Assembly: GCF_050699375.1 (NCBI RefSeq)
Contig: NZ_JBOHDN010000104.1
Location: forward strand, 1,151 to 65,150
Direction of reading: 5' to 3'
DNA from: Nocardioides sp.
GTDB lineage: Bacteria > Actinomycetota > Actinomycetes > Propionibacteriales > Nocardioidaceae
DNA length: 64,000 nucleotides
The position numbers and the translations under genes are program-made. Shown one piece after another: positions 29,299 through 39,571 of this stretch. The notes under the pieces were generated by a model. The model ran no database searches. It was given only the letters and a program-made list of their open reading frames with translations, and was not told the origin of the DNA. Position 1 is the first letter of the stretch, and each line of letters starts with the position of its first letter.

Positions 29299-29625
29299 TC
29301 AACAACATGTGTCCCCGCCACGTGCCGACCGGCGCCGTTTGACGTAGGCCGCCTCTGCCCGCCAGCGCGGCAGGGCCGAGCGCAGGGCACGCATCATGGC
29401 GAGCCTGGGACCAGGATCGTGCAGCTCCTCGCCGAAGAGCTCCCGAAGAAGGCGTACGCGATAGGCGGCCGTCGATGGCGGCAGCTGCATCCAGGCCGAC
29501 ACGTCGGCCGGCCGAAAGCTGCCGTTGTGCAGCATCACCTCGAGTGTCTCGCCGAGGATCCATCTGGAGTGTGGCTTGACCTTCTCGAGCGGGTCCAGCG
29601 CAGCTCCGTTGTCATCATCCAGCAT
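29299..29625 (-). CDS. small PucR-C-terminal-like helix-turn-helix protein (108 aa)
   Basis: ATG 29625 with GGAGG 9 nt upstream. ..STAAYRVRLLRELFGEELHDPGPRLAMMRAL resembles the PucR-type HTH tail. Confidence 0.45.
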   Translation of the reverse strand: MLDDDNGAALDPLEKVKPHSRWILGETLEVMLHNGSFRPADVSAWMQLPPSTAAYRVRLLRELFGEELHDPGPRLAMMRALRSALPRWRAEAAYVKRRRSARGGDTCC

Positions 29626-29779
29626 GAAAGGCGACCTCCCGACTGGCCTCCAGCGGATCCCCGGTGATCCGCAGTGGAACACGTTATTGAAACCGCCACG
29701 GTTCGGAAAGGTTTCTGGACGATCGGTCCCACATACTTATCTACTTGTGTCCGAACCGGCGCCAGGCCAAGGTCTTGTC

Positions 29780-30355
29780 ATGGCCGCTGACCCGAAGACC
29801 ACCCTGAGGACCTACCTCGACGCTCGGCGCGAGGCGCTGATCTCCAAGGTCGAGGACCTCTCGGAGCGAGACGCCCGGTTGCCACGTACACCGACCGGCA
29901 CCAACCTGCTCGGCATCATCAAGCACGTCACCGGGGTCGAGGCCGTCTATCTCGGGGCGACGTTCGGGCGCCCGTTCCCTCATCCCGAGGAACTGATCCC
30001 GGATGCCCGGTTCGAGACCGACCCGCAGGCGGACTGGTACGCCACCGAGGACGAGACCATCGGCGGGATCGTCGACCTCTACCGTCGAGTCATCGCCCAC
30101 GGGAACGAGACGATCGACGCGCTGCCGCTGGACGCGATCGGCCATGTGCCGCACTGGGGCGGCGAGGAGGTCACCCTCCACCAGATGCTGGTGCATCTCT
30201 TCGCCGACCTCGCCGGTCACGGCGGTCAGGCCGACATCCTCCGAGAAGGGGCCGACGGCGCCGTCGGCTGGCGCAGGTCCGGCGACAACATCCCGCCGGA
30301 GTACGACTGGCCGGCGTACGTCGCCAAGCTGACCGCCCTGGCGAACCGGTTCTGA
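29780..30355 (+). CDS. DinB-fold / DUF664 (mycothiol-transferase-like) protein
   Basis: 191 aa. ..NLLGIIKHVTGVE.., ..MLVHLFADLAGHGGQADILRE.. DinB four-helix His pattern. Confidence 0.75.
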   Translation: MAADPKTTLRTYLDARREALISKVEDLSERDARLPRTPTGTNLLGIIKHVTGVEAVYLGATFGRPFPHPEELIPDARFETDPQADWYATEDETIGGIVDLYRRVIAHGNETIDALPLDAIGHVPHWGGEEVTLHQMLVHLFADLAGHGGQADILREGADGAVGWRRSGDNIPPEYDWPAYVAKLTALANRF

Positions 30356-30371
30356 ACTCGGCGAAATAGAA

Positions 30372-30400
30372 CAAGCCCGCCTCCTGAGGAGGCGGGCTTG
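30372..30400. terminator. bidirectional hairpin terminator (13-bp perfect stem CAAGCCCGCCTCC / GGAGGCGGGCTTG, 3-nt loop)
   Basis: Read directly. It lies between the convergent DinB-like (+) and rplI (-) genes. Confidence 0.8.
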
Positions 30401-30415
30401 TCGCGAATCCCTAGA

Positions 30416-30868
30416 TCAAGCGGGGACCACGTTGAGGGCCAGCTTGGCGGACACCTCGTCGTGGAGCTTGACGGAGACCTCGTGGGCACCGAGCGACTTG
30501 ATCGGGTTGCCCAGCGCGATGGCGCGCTTGTCGATCGACTCGCCGGTGGTCTCGGTGACCGCGGAGGCGATGTCGGCGGCGGTGATGGCGCCGTAGAGGC
30601 GGCCGTCCTTGCCGGAGCGGACCTTCACGTTGACCGTGTTGGCCTCGAGCTTGCTCTTGACCTCGGCCGCGTGGGCCTCGTCGCGCACGGAGCGAGCCGC
30701 GCGAGCAACCTTGCTGGCCTCGGCCTGCGCCTCGGCGCCGCGGGTCCAACGGAGGGCGTCGCCGCGCGGGATCAGGTAGTTACGCGCGTAACCGTCCTTG
30801 ACCTCGACGATGTCGCCAGCCGAGCCCAGACCGGTGACTTCCTGCTGAAGGATGATCTTGGTAGCCAT
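30416..30868 (-). CDS. rplI: 50S ribosomal protein L9
   Basis: [36 protein letters not shown], the canonical L9 N-terminus. Confidence 0.95.
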   Translation of the reverse strand: MATKIILQQEVTGLGSAGDIVEVKDGYARNYLIPRGDALRWTRGAEAQAEASKVARAARSVRDEAHAAEVKSKLEANTVNVKVRSGKDGRLYGAITAADIASAVTETTGESIDKRAIALGNPIKSLGAHEVSVKLHDEVSAKLALNVVPA

Positions 30869-30879
30869 GTCGATCCTCC

Positions 30880-31116
30880 TCAGCGACCGGTGGAGGTGTA
30901 GGGCAGCAGAGCAACCTCGCGGGCGTTCTTGACGGCGATGGCTACGTCGCGCTGGTGCTGGACGCAGTTGCCGGTCACGCGACGCGCACGGATCTTGCCG
31001 CGGTCGGAGATGAACTTACGGAGCAGGGTGGCGTCCTTGTAGTCGACGCCGGTCGCCTTCTCCTTGCAGAACTGGCAAACCTTCTTCTTCGGCTTGCGAA
31101 TCACTGCCTTGGCCAT
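30880..31116 (-). CDS. rpsR: 30S ribosomal protein S18
   Basis: ..[49 protein letters not shown]. Confidence 0.95.
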   Translation of the reverse strand: MAKAVIRKPKKKVCQFCKEKATGVDYKDATLLRKFISDRGKIRARRVTGNCVQHQRDVAIAVKNAREVALLPYTSTGR

Positions 31117-31184
31117 TGTGGTGCTTCCTTTCTAGAAGCCCGGCATGCGCCGGAATGGTGAGGATTCGGATTAGTTGCTGGTGA

Positions 31185-31796
31185 TCAGAAGGGAGGCTCG
31201 TCGTTGCCCACGCCCGGGGTCGCCCACGGGTCGTTGGCAGGAGCGCCGCCACCCTGCGGTCCGCCGCCGCCCGCGTTGGCGGGCTGCTGCGGAGCCGGGG
31301 ATGCCCACGGGTCGTTGCCACCGGCCGGAGCCTGCTGCTGGCCACCACCCTGGGGACCGCCGTAGCCGCCTCCCTGGTTGTAGCCACCACCCTGGTTGTA
31401 ACCGCCGCCGCCACCCTGGCCGCCGGACTGCCGGCTCGCCTTGGTGACCTTGGCGGTGGCCCACGTCAGCGACGGGCCGATCTCGTCGCACTCGAGCTCG
31501 AAGACAGTGCGCTTCTCGCCCTCACGCGTCTCGTAGGACCTCGACTTCAGGCGACCCTGAGCGACGACACGCATGCCGCGCTGCAGGGACTCGGCGACGT
31601 TCTCCGCGGCCTGCCGCCAGATCGAGCAGCGCAGGAAAAGGGTCTCCCCGTCTTCCCAGCCGTTGCTCTGCCGGTTGAAGCTGCGCGGAGTGGACGCGAT
31701 GGTGAAGTTGGCAACCGCGGCACCGGAGGGCGTGAAGCGAAGCTCCGGGTCGTCGGTGAGGTTGCCCACCACGGTGATGATGGTGTCGCCAGCCAT
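31185..31796 (-). CDS. ssb: single-stranded DNA-binding protein
   Basis: [35 protein letters not shown].. OB fold, Gly/Gln-rich linker, C-terminal DEPPF tip. ATG 31796. Confidence 0.95.
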   Translation of the reverse strand: MAGDTIITVVGNLTDDPELRFTPSGAAVANFTIASTPRSFNRQSNGWEDGETLFLRCSIWRQAAENVAESLQRGMRVVAQGRLKSRSYETREGEKRTVFELECDEIGPSLTWATAKVTKASRQSGGQGGGGGYNQGGGYNQGGGYGGPQGGGQQQAPAGGNDPWASPAPQQPANAGGGGPQGGGAPANDPWATPGVGNDEPPF

Positions 31797-31917
31797 GAGA
31801 TCTCCCTTGAGTCTGATCTGGGGTGTCGGTGTCGGTTCAGGAGCCAAACGTTTCGAAAGGACCTAGGCCCCAAACATAGGGGCGGCTACCGACATTTCCG
31901 ACGGGAACACCCGCGCG

Positions 31918-32205
31918 TCACTTGGACGGACGGATGACCTTCGTACGCAGGATCTGCTCGTTGAGGCCGAACTGGCGGTCGAGCTCCTGAACGGTCTTGG
32001 GCTCGGCGGTCAGGTTGACGACCGCGTAGATGCCTTCGGCGTTCTTGTTGACCTCGTAGGCCAGGCGACGACGTCCCCAGACGTCAACGTTCTCGACGGT
32101 GCCACCATCAGTGGTGACGACCTTCAGGAACTTGTCAAGGGTCGGGGCGACGGTGCGCTCATCGAGGCTGGGCTCGAGGATCACCATTACTTCATAGGCG
32201 CGCAT
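31918..32205 (-). CDS. rpsF: 30S ribosomal protein S6
   Basis: [16 protein letters not shown].. ATG 32205 with GGTGGAG upstream. Confidence 0.95.
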   Translation of the reverse strand: MRAYEVMVILEPSLDERTVAPTLDKFLKVVTTDGGTVENVDVWGRRRLAYEVNKNAEGIYAVVNLTAEPKTVQELDRQFGLNEQILRTKVIRPSK

Positions 32206-32234
32206 AGCGTTCTCCACCTCCTACGGACTCGGCG

Positions 32235-32297
32235 GCCATGGTCTCTCCATGGCAGGAGGGCTGATGCGATGTCCCATCTCCATCTGTGGAGAGGGAC
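32235..32297 (-). other. two stem-loops between the copA stop and the rpsF start (GCCATGG-5nt-CCATGGC at 32235-32253; GTCCCATCTCCA-4nt-TGGAGAGGGAC at 32271-32297)
   Basis: Read directly. They could be the copA terminator, an rpsF 5' leader structure, or both. Confidence 0.35.
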
Positions 32298-32308
32298 GCG
32301 TCAGCGTA

Positions 32309-35300
32309 TCAACCAGCGCTTTCCTCGGCCGAATCCACGGCCTCGACGGTGAACGGCACCGTGGCGACCTTTCCGTCGGCGAGCCGGAACTGTGCCCACA
32401 GGCGGTAGAGACCAGGCTTCGGTACGTCCAGGTGCAGGCCGAGCTCGGGCCCGAATGTCGCTCCGGGGACCGCCAGCTCTTCACCTTCGGCGTGACCGTG
32501 CACGAACGTCTCGCCGTCCGCGCTCATCACTACGACGTGACCGGCCGCTCCGAGGTATGGCTGTAGATCGTCGACAATCCTCCCGGTGCTGTCCGTGAAC
32601 TTGAAGTGCAGGTCGCTCTCCTGGTCAGCCGCCAGCGTTCCTTCGAGCGAGACGGTGAGATTGTCTCGATTGTCGACAGTCGACGATCTCGGCCCGGCCT
32701 TCAGCGGAACGGCCGGAGGCTGCGTACCTTCGATCTCGAGCTGCTGGCGGTCGAGGACGTCGGCCATGTCGGCACGTCGCCGGAACTCGGTGTCGACACG
32801 GTAGGTCCCGCCCGCGGGGAAGGTCACGTCGGTCTCGAGCTCGCCCGGACGCCCGGTCGGCTCGGCGTGCAGGTGGCGGAACCAGGAGAGGTCCTCGCTG
32901 GTCACGATCACGTGCATCCACGCCTGGTGGGTGCGACCGAGGTCGGACACCGGATCGCCGGTCGTGGCGTCCGTGACGAGGAACCGAAGCCCACCCTCGC
33001 GCCGAGTGATCGCCACGTCGATGCCAGCGTCCTCGGATGGCGCCGGAGCGATGTCGACCTCGTGCATCTCCGTCATCGACGGACGCATCGGGCTCATCCC
33101 CTGGGCCCACTCCAGGATGCCGTTCATGCCGCGCTGCGCGGGCTCGGTGCGCGACAGATAGGTCAGGCCCGCACCGATCGAGATCGCGATCACGCCCGTG
33201 ACCAGGAGGTACCCACCATCGCGGACACGAGTGCGGAGGCCACGGCCGGCGTACTCCTCGGGTGTCTCGGGGCGACGGAACCCACGCAGGCGAAGCGCGT
33301 TGGTGACCACGCTGACCGAGCTCATCGCCATCGCTGCGCCGGCGAGGACCGGGTCGAGAAGGGCGAGAGCGGCGACGGGGATGAGGAGCACGTTGTAGGC
33401 GAAGGCCCAGAACAGGCCCTGCTTGATCGTCGCGACCGTGCGGCGGGAGAGCGCGAGCGCGGTCACCACACCGCGGAGGTCGCCGCCGACCAAGGTGATG
33501 TCGGAGGCGGCCAGGGCGACGTCGGTGCCCGTCCCGATCGCGATCCCCACGTCGGCCTGGGCCAGCGCCGGGGCATCGTTGATCCCGTCGCCGACCATCG
33601 CGACGACCTTGCCGTCGTCCTGGAGCTGCTGGATCCGGGCGAGCTTCTGCTCGGGCAGTAGACCGCCGGCGGCGTGACGTACCCCGACCTCCTCGGCCAC
33701 CTTCGCGACCGTCGCGGCCGCGTCGCCGCTGAGGATGTGCACCTCGACGCCCGACTCCTCGAGAAGACGCACGGTCTCCTTTGCCTCGTCGCGGACCTGG
33801 TCCGCGACCCGGATCGACCCGGCGTACGTACCGTCGACCGCGACCAGCACCGAGCCGTTGTCCGCGACCTCGATGCCTTCCTCGGCCAGCATCGCCGAAT
33901 TTCCAACGACCACGCGCCGCCCATCCACCACCGCGCTGATCCCGCGGCCCGGGTGAGCCTCGAACGCCGAGACGTCACCTATGCGGATCGAGACGTCACT
34001 TGTGCTGGCCGAGCGGGCATCTGACCCGGGCTCACCACCAGCCTGTGACGTCTCGGCCTGCAGAACTGACGCTTCGGCCTGCAGAGGTGACGCCTCGGCA
34101 GGGTTGGCTCGGGCTCGGAGGGCGGTGGCGAGGGGGTGGTCGCTGCCGGTCTCGGCGGCGGCGGCGATCCGGACCAGGGTGCCCGGAGTCCAGCCAGGGG
34201 CGGGGACGATCTCGGAGACCTCGGGCTTGCCGTGGGTGATCGTGCCGGTCTTGTCGAAGACGATGGCGGTCACGGAGCGGGCGCGCTCGAGGGTCTCGCC
34301 CGAGCCGACGAGCACGCCGAGCTCGGCCGCGCGACCGGCGCCGACCATGACCGCGGCCGGCGTCGCCAGGCCGAGGGCACAGGGGCAGGCGATGATGAGC
34401 ACCGCGATGGCGGCGGTGACGGCGCTGGTGAGGCGCTCGGCGTCCGGGCCGAAGACCAGCCAGGCGACGAAGGTGAGCGCGGCGACGACCAGTACGGCGG
34501 GTACGAACACCGCGGAGACCCGGTCCGCCAAGCGCTGCAGCCTGGTGCCGGAGCCCTGCGCCGACTCGACCATCGCGATGATCTGCGCCAGCGTCGTCTC
34601 GGAGCCGACCGCGGTCGCCTCGAGCTCGAACGACCCGGTCTGGTTGATCGTGGCGCCGATGACAATGTCGCCCTCGGTCTTCCGGACGGGGTCGCTCTCG
34701 CCGGTGAGCATGGACTCGTCGACGTACGAAGCGCCGGCGACGACCCGGCCGTCGACCGGGATCTTCTCTCCGGCACGGACGCGGATCCTGTCGTTGACCT
34801 GCAGGTTCGCCACCGGCACCGAGACGTCTCTACCGTCCCGGACGACCGTGGCCGTCTCCGGCATGAGGCCGACGAGGGCCTTGACCGCATCCGCCGTACG
34901 CGACTTGGCCCGTGCCTCCAGCCAGCGACCCATCAGCACCAGCGCGACGATGACCAGGGCGGTCTCGAAGTAGAGGTGCAGCGGCAGGCCCCACGCCTCG
35001 GCCTGCCCCATCCACAGGGTCACGAACGCGCTGTAGGCGAAGGCGATCCCGGTGCCGAGCGTGACCAGGGTGTTCATGTCGACCGAGCGGTGGCGCAGCC
35101 CTCTGACCGCCGCCATATAGATGTCGCGCCCGGCCCACCACTGGGTGACCGCGGCGACCACGAGCACCAGCGACATCACCGGCTCCATGGCGTTGACCGG
35201 AAGCGGGACGTACATCAGGGCCATCAGGCCGAGCCCTACCGCCAGGGCCGTGATCCACTTTCGCCTGAGCCGGCCGAGCTCTGCCTCGCGGCGTAGGTCC

Positions 35301-35578
35301 CGGTCGGCCTCGACCTCCGGCTCCTGCGGATTGTCGACAGTCAACGATCTGGTGGACGCTTGATAGCCCGCCTTCTCGATAGCGGCGCTGATCTCGGCGA
35401 GGTCGGTGCGGGCCGGATCGAAGTGCACCAGCGCGGACTCGGTGGCGAGGTTGACATTGGCATCCTCGACACCGTCGACACGGCTGATGGCCTTGGTGAC
35501 CCGGCGCACGCAGCTCGCACAGGTCATGCCCTCGATCTCGAGCTGCTGCTCGGTGGGGGTCGCGGCGGTAGCGGTCAT
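32309..35578 (-). CDS. copA: copper-translocating P1B-type ATPase with a 319-aa C-terminal extension (extra TM helix plus two tandem His-motif beta-rich modules)
   Basis: N-terminal [14 protein letters not shown], the TGES-type actuator segment, CPC ([13 protein letters not shown]), [15 protein letters not shown]. The canonical end ..[13 protein letters not shown] is followed by a further 319 codons (32309-33268). Confidence 0.9.
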   Translation of the reverse strand: MTATAATPTEQQLEIEGMTCASCVRRVTKAISRVDGVEDANVNLATESALVHFDPARTDLAEISAAIEKAGYQASTRSLTVDNPQEPEVEADRDLRREAELGRLRRKWITALAVGLGLMALMYVPLPVNAMEPVMSLVLVVAAVTQWWAGRDIYMAAVRGLRHRSVDMNTLVTLGTGIAFAYSAFVTLWMGQAEAWGLPLHLYFETALVIVALVLMGRWLEARAKSRTADAVKALVGLMPETATVVRDGRDVSVPVANLQVNDRIRVRAGEKIPVDGRVVAGASYVDESMLTGESDPVRKTEGDIVIGATINQTGSFELEATAVGSETTLAQIIAMVESAQGSGTRLQRLADRVSAVFVPAVLVVAALTFVAWLVFGPDAERLTSAVTAAIAVLIIACPCALGLATPAAVMVGAGRAAELGVLVGSGETLERARSVTAIVFDKTGTITHGKPEVSEIVPAPGWTPGTLVRIAAAAETGSDHPLATALRARANPAEASPLQAEASVLQAETSQAGGEPGSDARSASTSDVSIRIGDVSAFEAHPGRGISAVVDGRRVVVGNSAMLAEEGIEVADNGSVLVAVDGTYAGSIRVADQVRDEAKETVRLLEESGVEVHILSGDAAATVAKVAEEVGVRHAAGGLLPEQKLARIQQLQDDGKVVAMVGDGINDAPALAQADVGIAIGTGTDVALAASDITLVGGDLRGVVTALALSRRTVATIKQGLFWAFAYNVLLIPVAALALLDPVLAGAAMAMSSVSVVTNALRLRGFRRPETPEEYAGRGLRTRVRDGGYLLVTGVIAISIGAGLTYLSRTEPAQRGMNGILEWAQGMSPMRPSMTEMHEVDIAPAPSEDAGIDVAITRREGGLRFLVTDATTGDPVSDLGRTHQAWMHVIVTSEDLSWFRHLHAEPTGRPGELETDVTFPAGGTYRVDTEFRRRADMADVLDRQQLEIEGTQPPAVPLKAGPRSSTVDNRDNLTVSLEGTLAADQESDLHFKFTDSTGRIVDDLQPYLGAAGHVVVMSADGETFVHGHAEGEELAVPGATFGPELGLHLDVPKPGLYRLWAQFRLADGKVATVPFTVEAVDSAEESAG
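34041..34103. repeat. 21-bp tandem repeat (tcggcctgcagaNNtgacgNN), about 2.5 copies, in frame inside copA
   Basis: Units at 34053-34073 and 34074-34094 plus partial flanks. They encode EAS(P/V)LQA heptads in the nucleotide-binding-domain loop. The same unit recurs at 58230-58345. Confidence 0.75.
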
Positions 35579-35583
35579 CGGAC

Positions 35584-35787
35584 TCAGGCCAGCGAGTAGC
35601 CGGCCTCTTCGACGGCAGCGCGGATGGCGTCGTCGGAGATCGGCTCAGAAGCGGTGACAGTGACATTGCCGGAAGCCAGGTCGACGTCGACGTTGCTCAC
35701 GCCGGCGATCTCGGTGACCTCCTCGGTCACGGAAGAGGCGCAGTGGCCACAGGTCATGCCGACGACGGTGAAGCTCTGGGTGTTCAT
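35584..35787 (-). CDS. copZ: copper chaperone CopZ (HMA domain, 67 aa)
   Basis: [20 protein letters not shown].. ATG 35787 with AGGAGA upstream. Confidence 0.9.
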   Translation of the reverse strand: MNTQSFTVVGMTCGHCASSVTEEVTEIAGVSNVDVDLASGNVTVTASEPISDDAIRAAVEEAGYSLA

Positions 35788-35819
35788 GGGGTCTCCTGAA
35801 TTCGTAGGATTGTTGACAA

Positions 35820-36140
35820 TCAAGACCGGACGAGGCGAGCGATCGCGGCAGAAGCCTCAGCGAGCTTCTCGTCGGCTTCGGCGCCGCCGCCCTGGACAGC
35901 GCCGGCGACGCAGTGGCCGAGGTGCTCGTCGAGCAACCCGAGCGCGACCGCCTGGAGCGCCTTCGTGGAGGCGGAGACCTGAGTGAGGATGTCGATGCAG
36001 TAGGCCTCGTCCTCGACCATCCGCTGCAGGCCGCGCACCTGACCTTCGATGCGCTTGAGACGCTTCAGGTAGGCCTCCTTGTTCTTGTTGTGGAGGTAGC
36101 CGTGGTCCGCGTGGCCTTCGTGCCCGGTGTGCTCGTCCAT
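35820..36140 (-). CDS. csoR: CsoR-family copper-sensing transcriptional repressor
   Basis: ..RLKRIEGQVRGLQRMVEDEAYCIDILTQ..ALLDEHLGHCV.. with the C-H-C ligand pattern. ATG 36140 preferred. Confidence 0.9.
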   Translation of the reverse strand: MDEHTGHEGHADHGYLHNKNKEAYLKRLKRIEGQVRGLQRMVEDEAYCIDILTQVSASTKALQAVALGLLDEHLGHCVAGAVQGGGAEADEKLAEASAAIARLVRS

Positions 36141-36150
36141 GCGATCTACC

Positions 36151-36167
36151 ATACCCCCGTAAGGTAT
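36151..36167. promoter_or_regulatory. candidate CsoR operator ATACCCCCGTAAGGTAT
   Basis: GC-rich pseudo-palindrome with ATACC/GGTAT arms, immediately upstream of the csoR ATG at 36140. It resembles the TACCC..GGGTA type of CsoR sites known from other Gram-positives. Confidence 0.45.
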
Positions 36168-36210
36168 GAAGTCAAGCAGAAAGTGTCGGCACGGCCCCTA
36201 GACTGGACCC

Positions 36211-37005
36211 ATGGCTGTAACGATCGGTGCCCACGTAGACCAGACCGACCCCGTCGCCGAGGCGACCGCACGCGGGGCGGGCCTGGTGCAGTTCTTCCTG
36301 GGCGACCCGCAGTCCTACAAGGGCCCGGTGGTGACGTACGCCGAGGGTGCGGCCGCGCTCAAGGCCAAGGCGGAGGACGCGGGAGTCGATCTCTACGTCC
36401 ACGCGCCCTACATCATCAACGTCGCGACGACGAACAACCGGATCAGGATCCCGAGCCGCAAGCTCCTCCAGCAGCACATGGACACCGCCGCCGAGGTCGG
36501 CGCCAAGGGCCTGATCGTCCACGGCGGCCATGTCGGCAAGGACGACGACCCGGAGAAGGGCTTCGACAACTGGCGCAAGGCGATCGAGGCGACCGACATC
36601 AAGGTCCCGCTGCTGATCGAGAACACCGCCGGCGGCGACAACGCGATGGCACGCTACCTGGAGCGGATCGCGGGTGTCTGGGACGCGATCAGCAAGGCCG
36701 AGGGCTTCGACGACGTCGGCTTCTGCCTCGACACCTGTCACGCCCACGCCGGGGGCAACCCGCTCGAGACGGTCGTCGAGGACGTCCGCAAGATCACCGG
36801 CCGCATCGATCTGGTCCACTGCAACGACTCCCGCGACGAGTTCGACTCCGGCGCCGACCGCCACGCCAACTTCGGCTCCGGGCGCATCGATCCCGACCTC
36901 CTGGCAGGCGTCGTGCGTGACGCCGACGCGCCGGTCATCTGTGAGACCCCGGGCGGCACGGACGAGCACAAGAGCGACTTCGCCTGGCTTCGCGAGAGGC
37001 TCTGA
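36211..37005 (+). CDS. nfo: endonuclease IV (AP endonuclease family 2)
   Basis: IGAHV.., ..LIENTAGG.., ..CLDTCHAHA.., ..HCNDSRDEFDSGADRHANFGSGRI.. match the Nfo metal-ligand blocks. Confidence 0.85.
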   Translation: MAVTIGAHVDQTDPVAEATARGAGLVQFFLGDPQSYKGPVVTYAEGAAALKAKAEDAGVDLYVHAPYIINVATTNNRIRIPSRKLLQQHMDTAAEVGAKGLIVHGGHVGKDDDPEKGFDNWRKAIEATDIKVPLLIENTAGGDNAMARYLERIAGVWDAISKAEGFDDVGFCLDTCHAHAGGNPLETVVEDVRKITGRIDLVHCNDSRDEFDSGADRHANFGSGRIDPDLLAGVVRDADAPVICETPGGTDEHKSDFAWLRERL

Positions 37006-37126
37006 AGACCAACGCCGTCGCCGTAAACAAGGACCCGCTGAGAGGTCGCTGAAGATTCGGCGAGAAGAACCACCCACCGGACCGACGACTATGACCCAAC
37101 CGGGCCATTGACATATTGTTCTCCGA

Positions 37127-39196
37127 ATGGGTTCGAATTGGCGCGCCGATGTTCAGGGGCTCCGTGCCGTCGCTGTCGGTCTGGTGATCGCAGGGCACGC
37201 GGGGCTCGCGGGATTCGACGGTGGATTCGTCGGAGTGGACGTATTCTTCGTCCTCTCCGGGTTTCTGATCACCACACTCCTGCTGCGTGAGACCGACCGC
37301 AGCGGCCGCGTGAGCATCAGCCAGTTCTACGCCCGCCGCGCCCGCCGGATCCTGCCGGCGGCGACGGCGACGATGCTGGTCGTACTCGCTTACAGCGCCA
37401 TCGTGCTCCCCCAGACCCGCACCGATCAGATCGCCGGTGACGCTGGCTGGGCAGCGGTCTTCATGGCCAACGTCCACTTCGCCAGCGAGGCCGTCAACTA
37501 CTTCCACAACGCCGCGCCCTCGCCGTTCCAGCACTACTGGTCGCTCTCGGTCGAGGAGCAGTTCTACGTCGTCTGGCCGCTGCTGGTGCTGGCCGTCGCC
37601 CTCTGGATCCCGAAGCACCACCGTCGCCGCGCGATCACCGCCCTGGCCGCGCTGGTGGCGGTGATCAGCCTCGCCTGGTCCCTCCACATCACCGGCGTCG
37701 ACCCGGCCGCGGCCTACTTCTCCACCCCTGCCCGCGCCTTCGAGCTCGCGGCCGGCGCCCTGCTCGCCTGCGTCGCGGGGGTCTCGACAAGCTCGACCAC
37801 CGGGGCCGCAAGCTCGACCAAACGCGGGCGCCTCGTCGCAGCGGGCCTCGGAATCGCCGGCGTCGGCGCGCTCGTCTACGCCACCGCCAACTTCAGCGAA
37901 GCGACCCAGTTCCCCGGCTGGCACGCCCTGGTCCCGGTCGGCGGCACCGTCGCCCTCCTGTTGGCAGGCCCCAACACCCCGACCGGCTGGCTGCTCTCGA
38001 AGCAGCCGCTTCGCTACCTCGGCGACATCTCGTTCAGCCTCTACCTGTGGCACTGGCCGATCCTGATCCTCGCTCCCGAGGCGATCCCCGGCGGTGGCAC
38101 CCGCCAGCTGCTGATCATGATGGCGCTCATCCTGGCCGCCTCCGCAGCCAGCTATCACTGGATCGAGATGCCGTTCCAGCGCCACAAGCTCCCGCACCTG
38201 ACCAAGGGCCGCCGCGCGCTCGCGCTCTGGCCCGCCGCCGCTGCCCTCGCCCTGGTCGCGGGCACGAGCTCCCAGGCGTACGCCGGCTACCAGGTCGACG
38301 TCGCCAAGGCCAACGCCGAAGAGTGGTTCGCCGACAACCCGGAGGTTCTCGAGACCAAGGACAAGCCGGTCACGGGCGTGCTGAAGAAGACCATCAAGGC
38401 CGCCGAGGACGGTGCGCCGCTGCCCCCGAAGGCGGAGTTCGACGCCACCGACTCCTGGGCCGAGCGCGGCGGCTACTGCTATGCGGGCTACGGCGAGACC
38501 AAGCTCGACGGCGACTGCGTCTATGGCGACGGCAAGGGCAAGCGGACCGTGGCCGTCGTCGGCGACTCCCACATCGGGATGTGGCTGCCGGCGCTCGACA
38601 CCCTCGCCGAACGCCAGAACGTGAAGCTGGTCCCGTTCGTGAAGCTCGGTTGCGCTGCGTACGGAGTGAAGCAGAAGTCCTCGAAGATGACCGTCGAGGA
38701 GTGCGAGGACTTCCGGACGTGGACCAACAAACAGATCGCCGCGCTGAATCCGGACACGATCGTCGTCGGTGCCCGCGGCATGCTCGACATGGAGGAGCGC
38801 GACGGCGTCTCGACCGAGGAGCAGTGGCGTGAGGGCGTACGCGAGGGCGTCGGCGCCTTCGAGAAGGTCACCCCGGACGTACGCGTCTTCGCCGATGTCC
38901 CTGCCGTCGACAACGACCCCGGCGAGTGCCTCTCCGACGCCCGCAACCTCCTCGAGGACTGCGTGGTGTCGGCCAACGGCACCGAGGTCGACTCCAACGA
39001 GGTGACCCGAGAAGCGCTCGAGGGGACCCGGGCGGCGTACGTCGACATCGTCGATCTGGTCTGCACCGAGCGCTGCCCGCTCGTGGTCGGCGACACCGTC
39101 ACCTACTACGACGACTCGCACATCACCGCGACCTGGGTCAACCGGGTCACTCCGGCGCTCGGCCACCGCCTCGGCCGCCTGGACCGTCCCGCCTAG
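37127..39196 (+). CDS. acyltransferase-3 family membrane O-acyltransferase with C-terminal SGNH domain (OafA/YrhL-like)
   Basis: 689 aa. N-terminal ..GLRAVAVGLVIAGHAG.. and about 10 TM segments, plus a C-terminal extracytoplasmic domain (..VAVVGDSHIGMW..). Confidence 0.85.
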   Translation: MGSNWRADVQGLRAVAVGLVIAGHAGLAGFDGGFVGVDVFFVLSGFLITTLLLRETDRSGRVSISQFYARRARRILPAATATMLVVLAYSAIVLPQTRTDQIAGDAGWAAVFMANVHFASEAVNYFHNAAPSPFQHYWSLSVEEQFYVVWPLLVLAVALWIPKHHRRRAITALAALVAVISLAWSLHITGVDPAAAYFSTPARAFELAAGALLACVAGVSTSSTTGAASSTKRGRLVAAGLGIAGVGALVYATANFSEATQFPGWHALVPVGGTVALLLAGPNTPTGWLLSKQPLRYLGDISFSLYLWHWPILILAPEAIPGGGTRQLLIMMALILAASAASYHWIEMPFQRHKLPHLTKGRRALALWPAAAALALVAGTSSQAYAGYQVDVAKANAEEWFADNPEVLETKDKPVTGVLKKTIKAAEDGAPLPPKAEFDATDSWAERGGYCYAGYGETKLDGDCVYGDGKGKRTVAVVGDSHIGMWLPALDTLAERQNVKLVPFVKLGCAAYGVKQKSSKMTVEECEDFRTWTNKQIAALNPDTIVVGARGMLDMEERDGVSTEEQWREGVREGVGAFEKVTPDVRVFADVPAVDNDPGECLSDARNLLEDCVVSANGTEVDSNEVTREALEGTRAAYVDIVDLVCTERCPLVVGDTVTYYDDSHITATWVNRVTPALGHRLGRLDRPA

Positions 39197-39571
39197 AACC
39201 CGGCGCCGCCGGTGGTCGAGCGTGTCGGGGCCCGAGTTTGTCGAGACCCGGAACTGCCGAGACCCGCTCTCCCCAGCCATTGCCGTAGCGGGTGCCGAGC
39301 GGGAGAATCGAATGTTGCCGGGTGGGGCAGCATCCCCTCACCGCCCCACCCGGCCCACGCCTCGGGCCGCTCGGCGCAGGTCGGGCATCCCCCTCGTGCC
39401 CGTCCCGCGCCGCGGCCCGGAACCGCCAGCCCTCCCCCAAAGACTGCGGCGCAAGCGTCCGAACCGATTTTCCCCCGAATACCGGCCCGGACAGCCCCAA
39501 GGAGTACGCCGCGGGCGGCTTGATACACCGACTTCGAAAGGTTTTCGTGCCCGGCCGAATCGGCGCACCGA

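Noticed and set aside
37127-37150. GGTTCGAAT, a tRNA T-arm-like string
   Set aside because: It lies at the start of the acyltransferase coding sequence (MGSNW..). No acceptor or anticodon stems can be drawn around it, and no tRNA was recognised anywhere in the window.
36935-39280. 781-aa minus-strand ORF
   Set aside because: It is antisense to the acyltransferase-3/SGNH gene, which has clear TM and motif structure. The translation is low-complexity (G/R/A/D/V) with no motifs.
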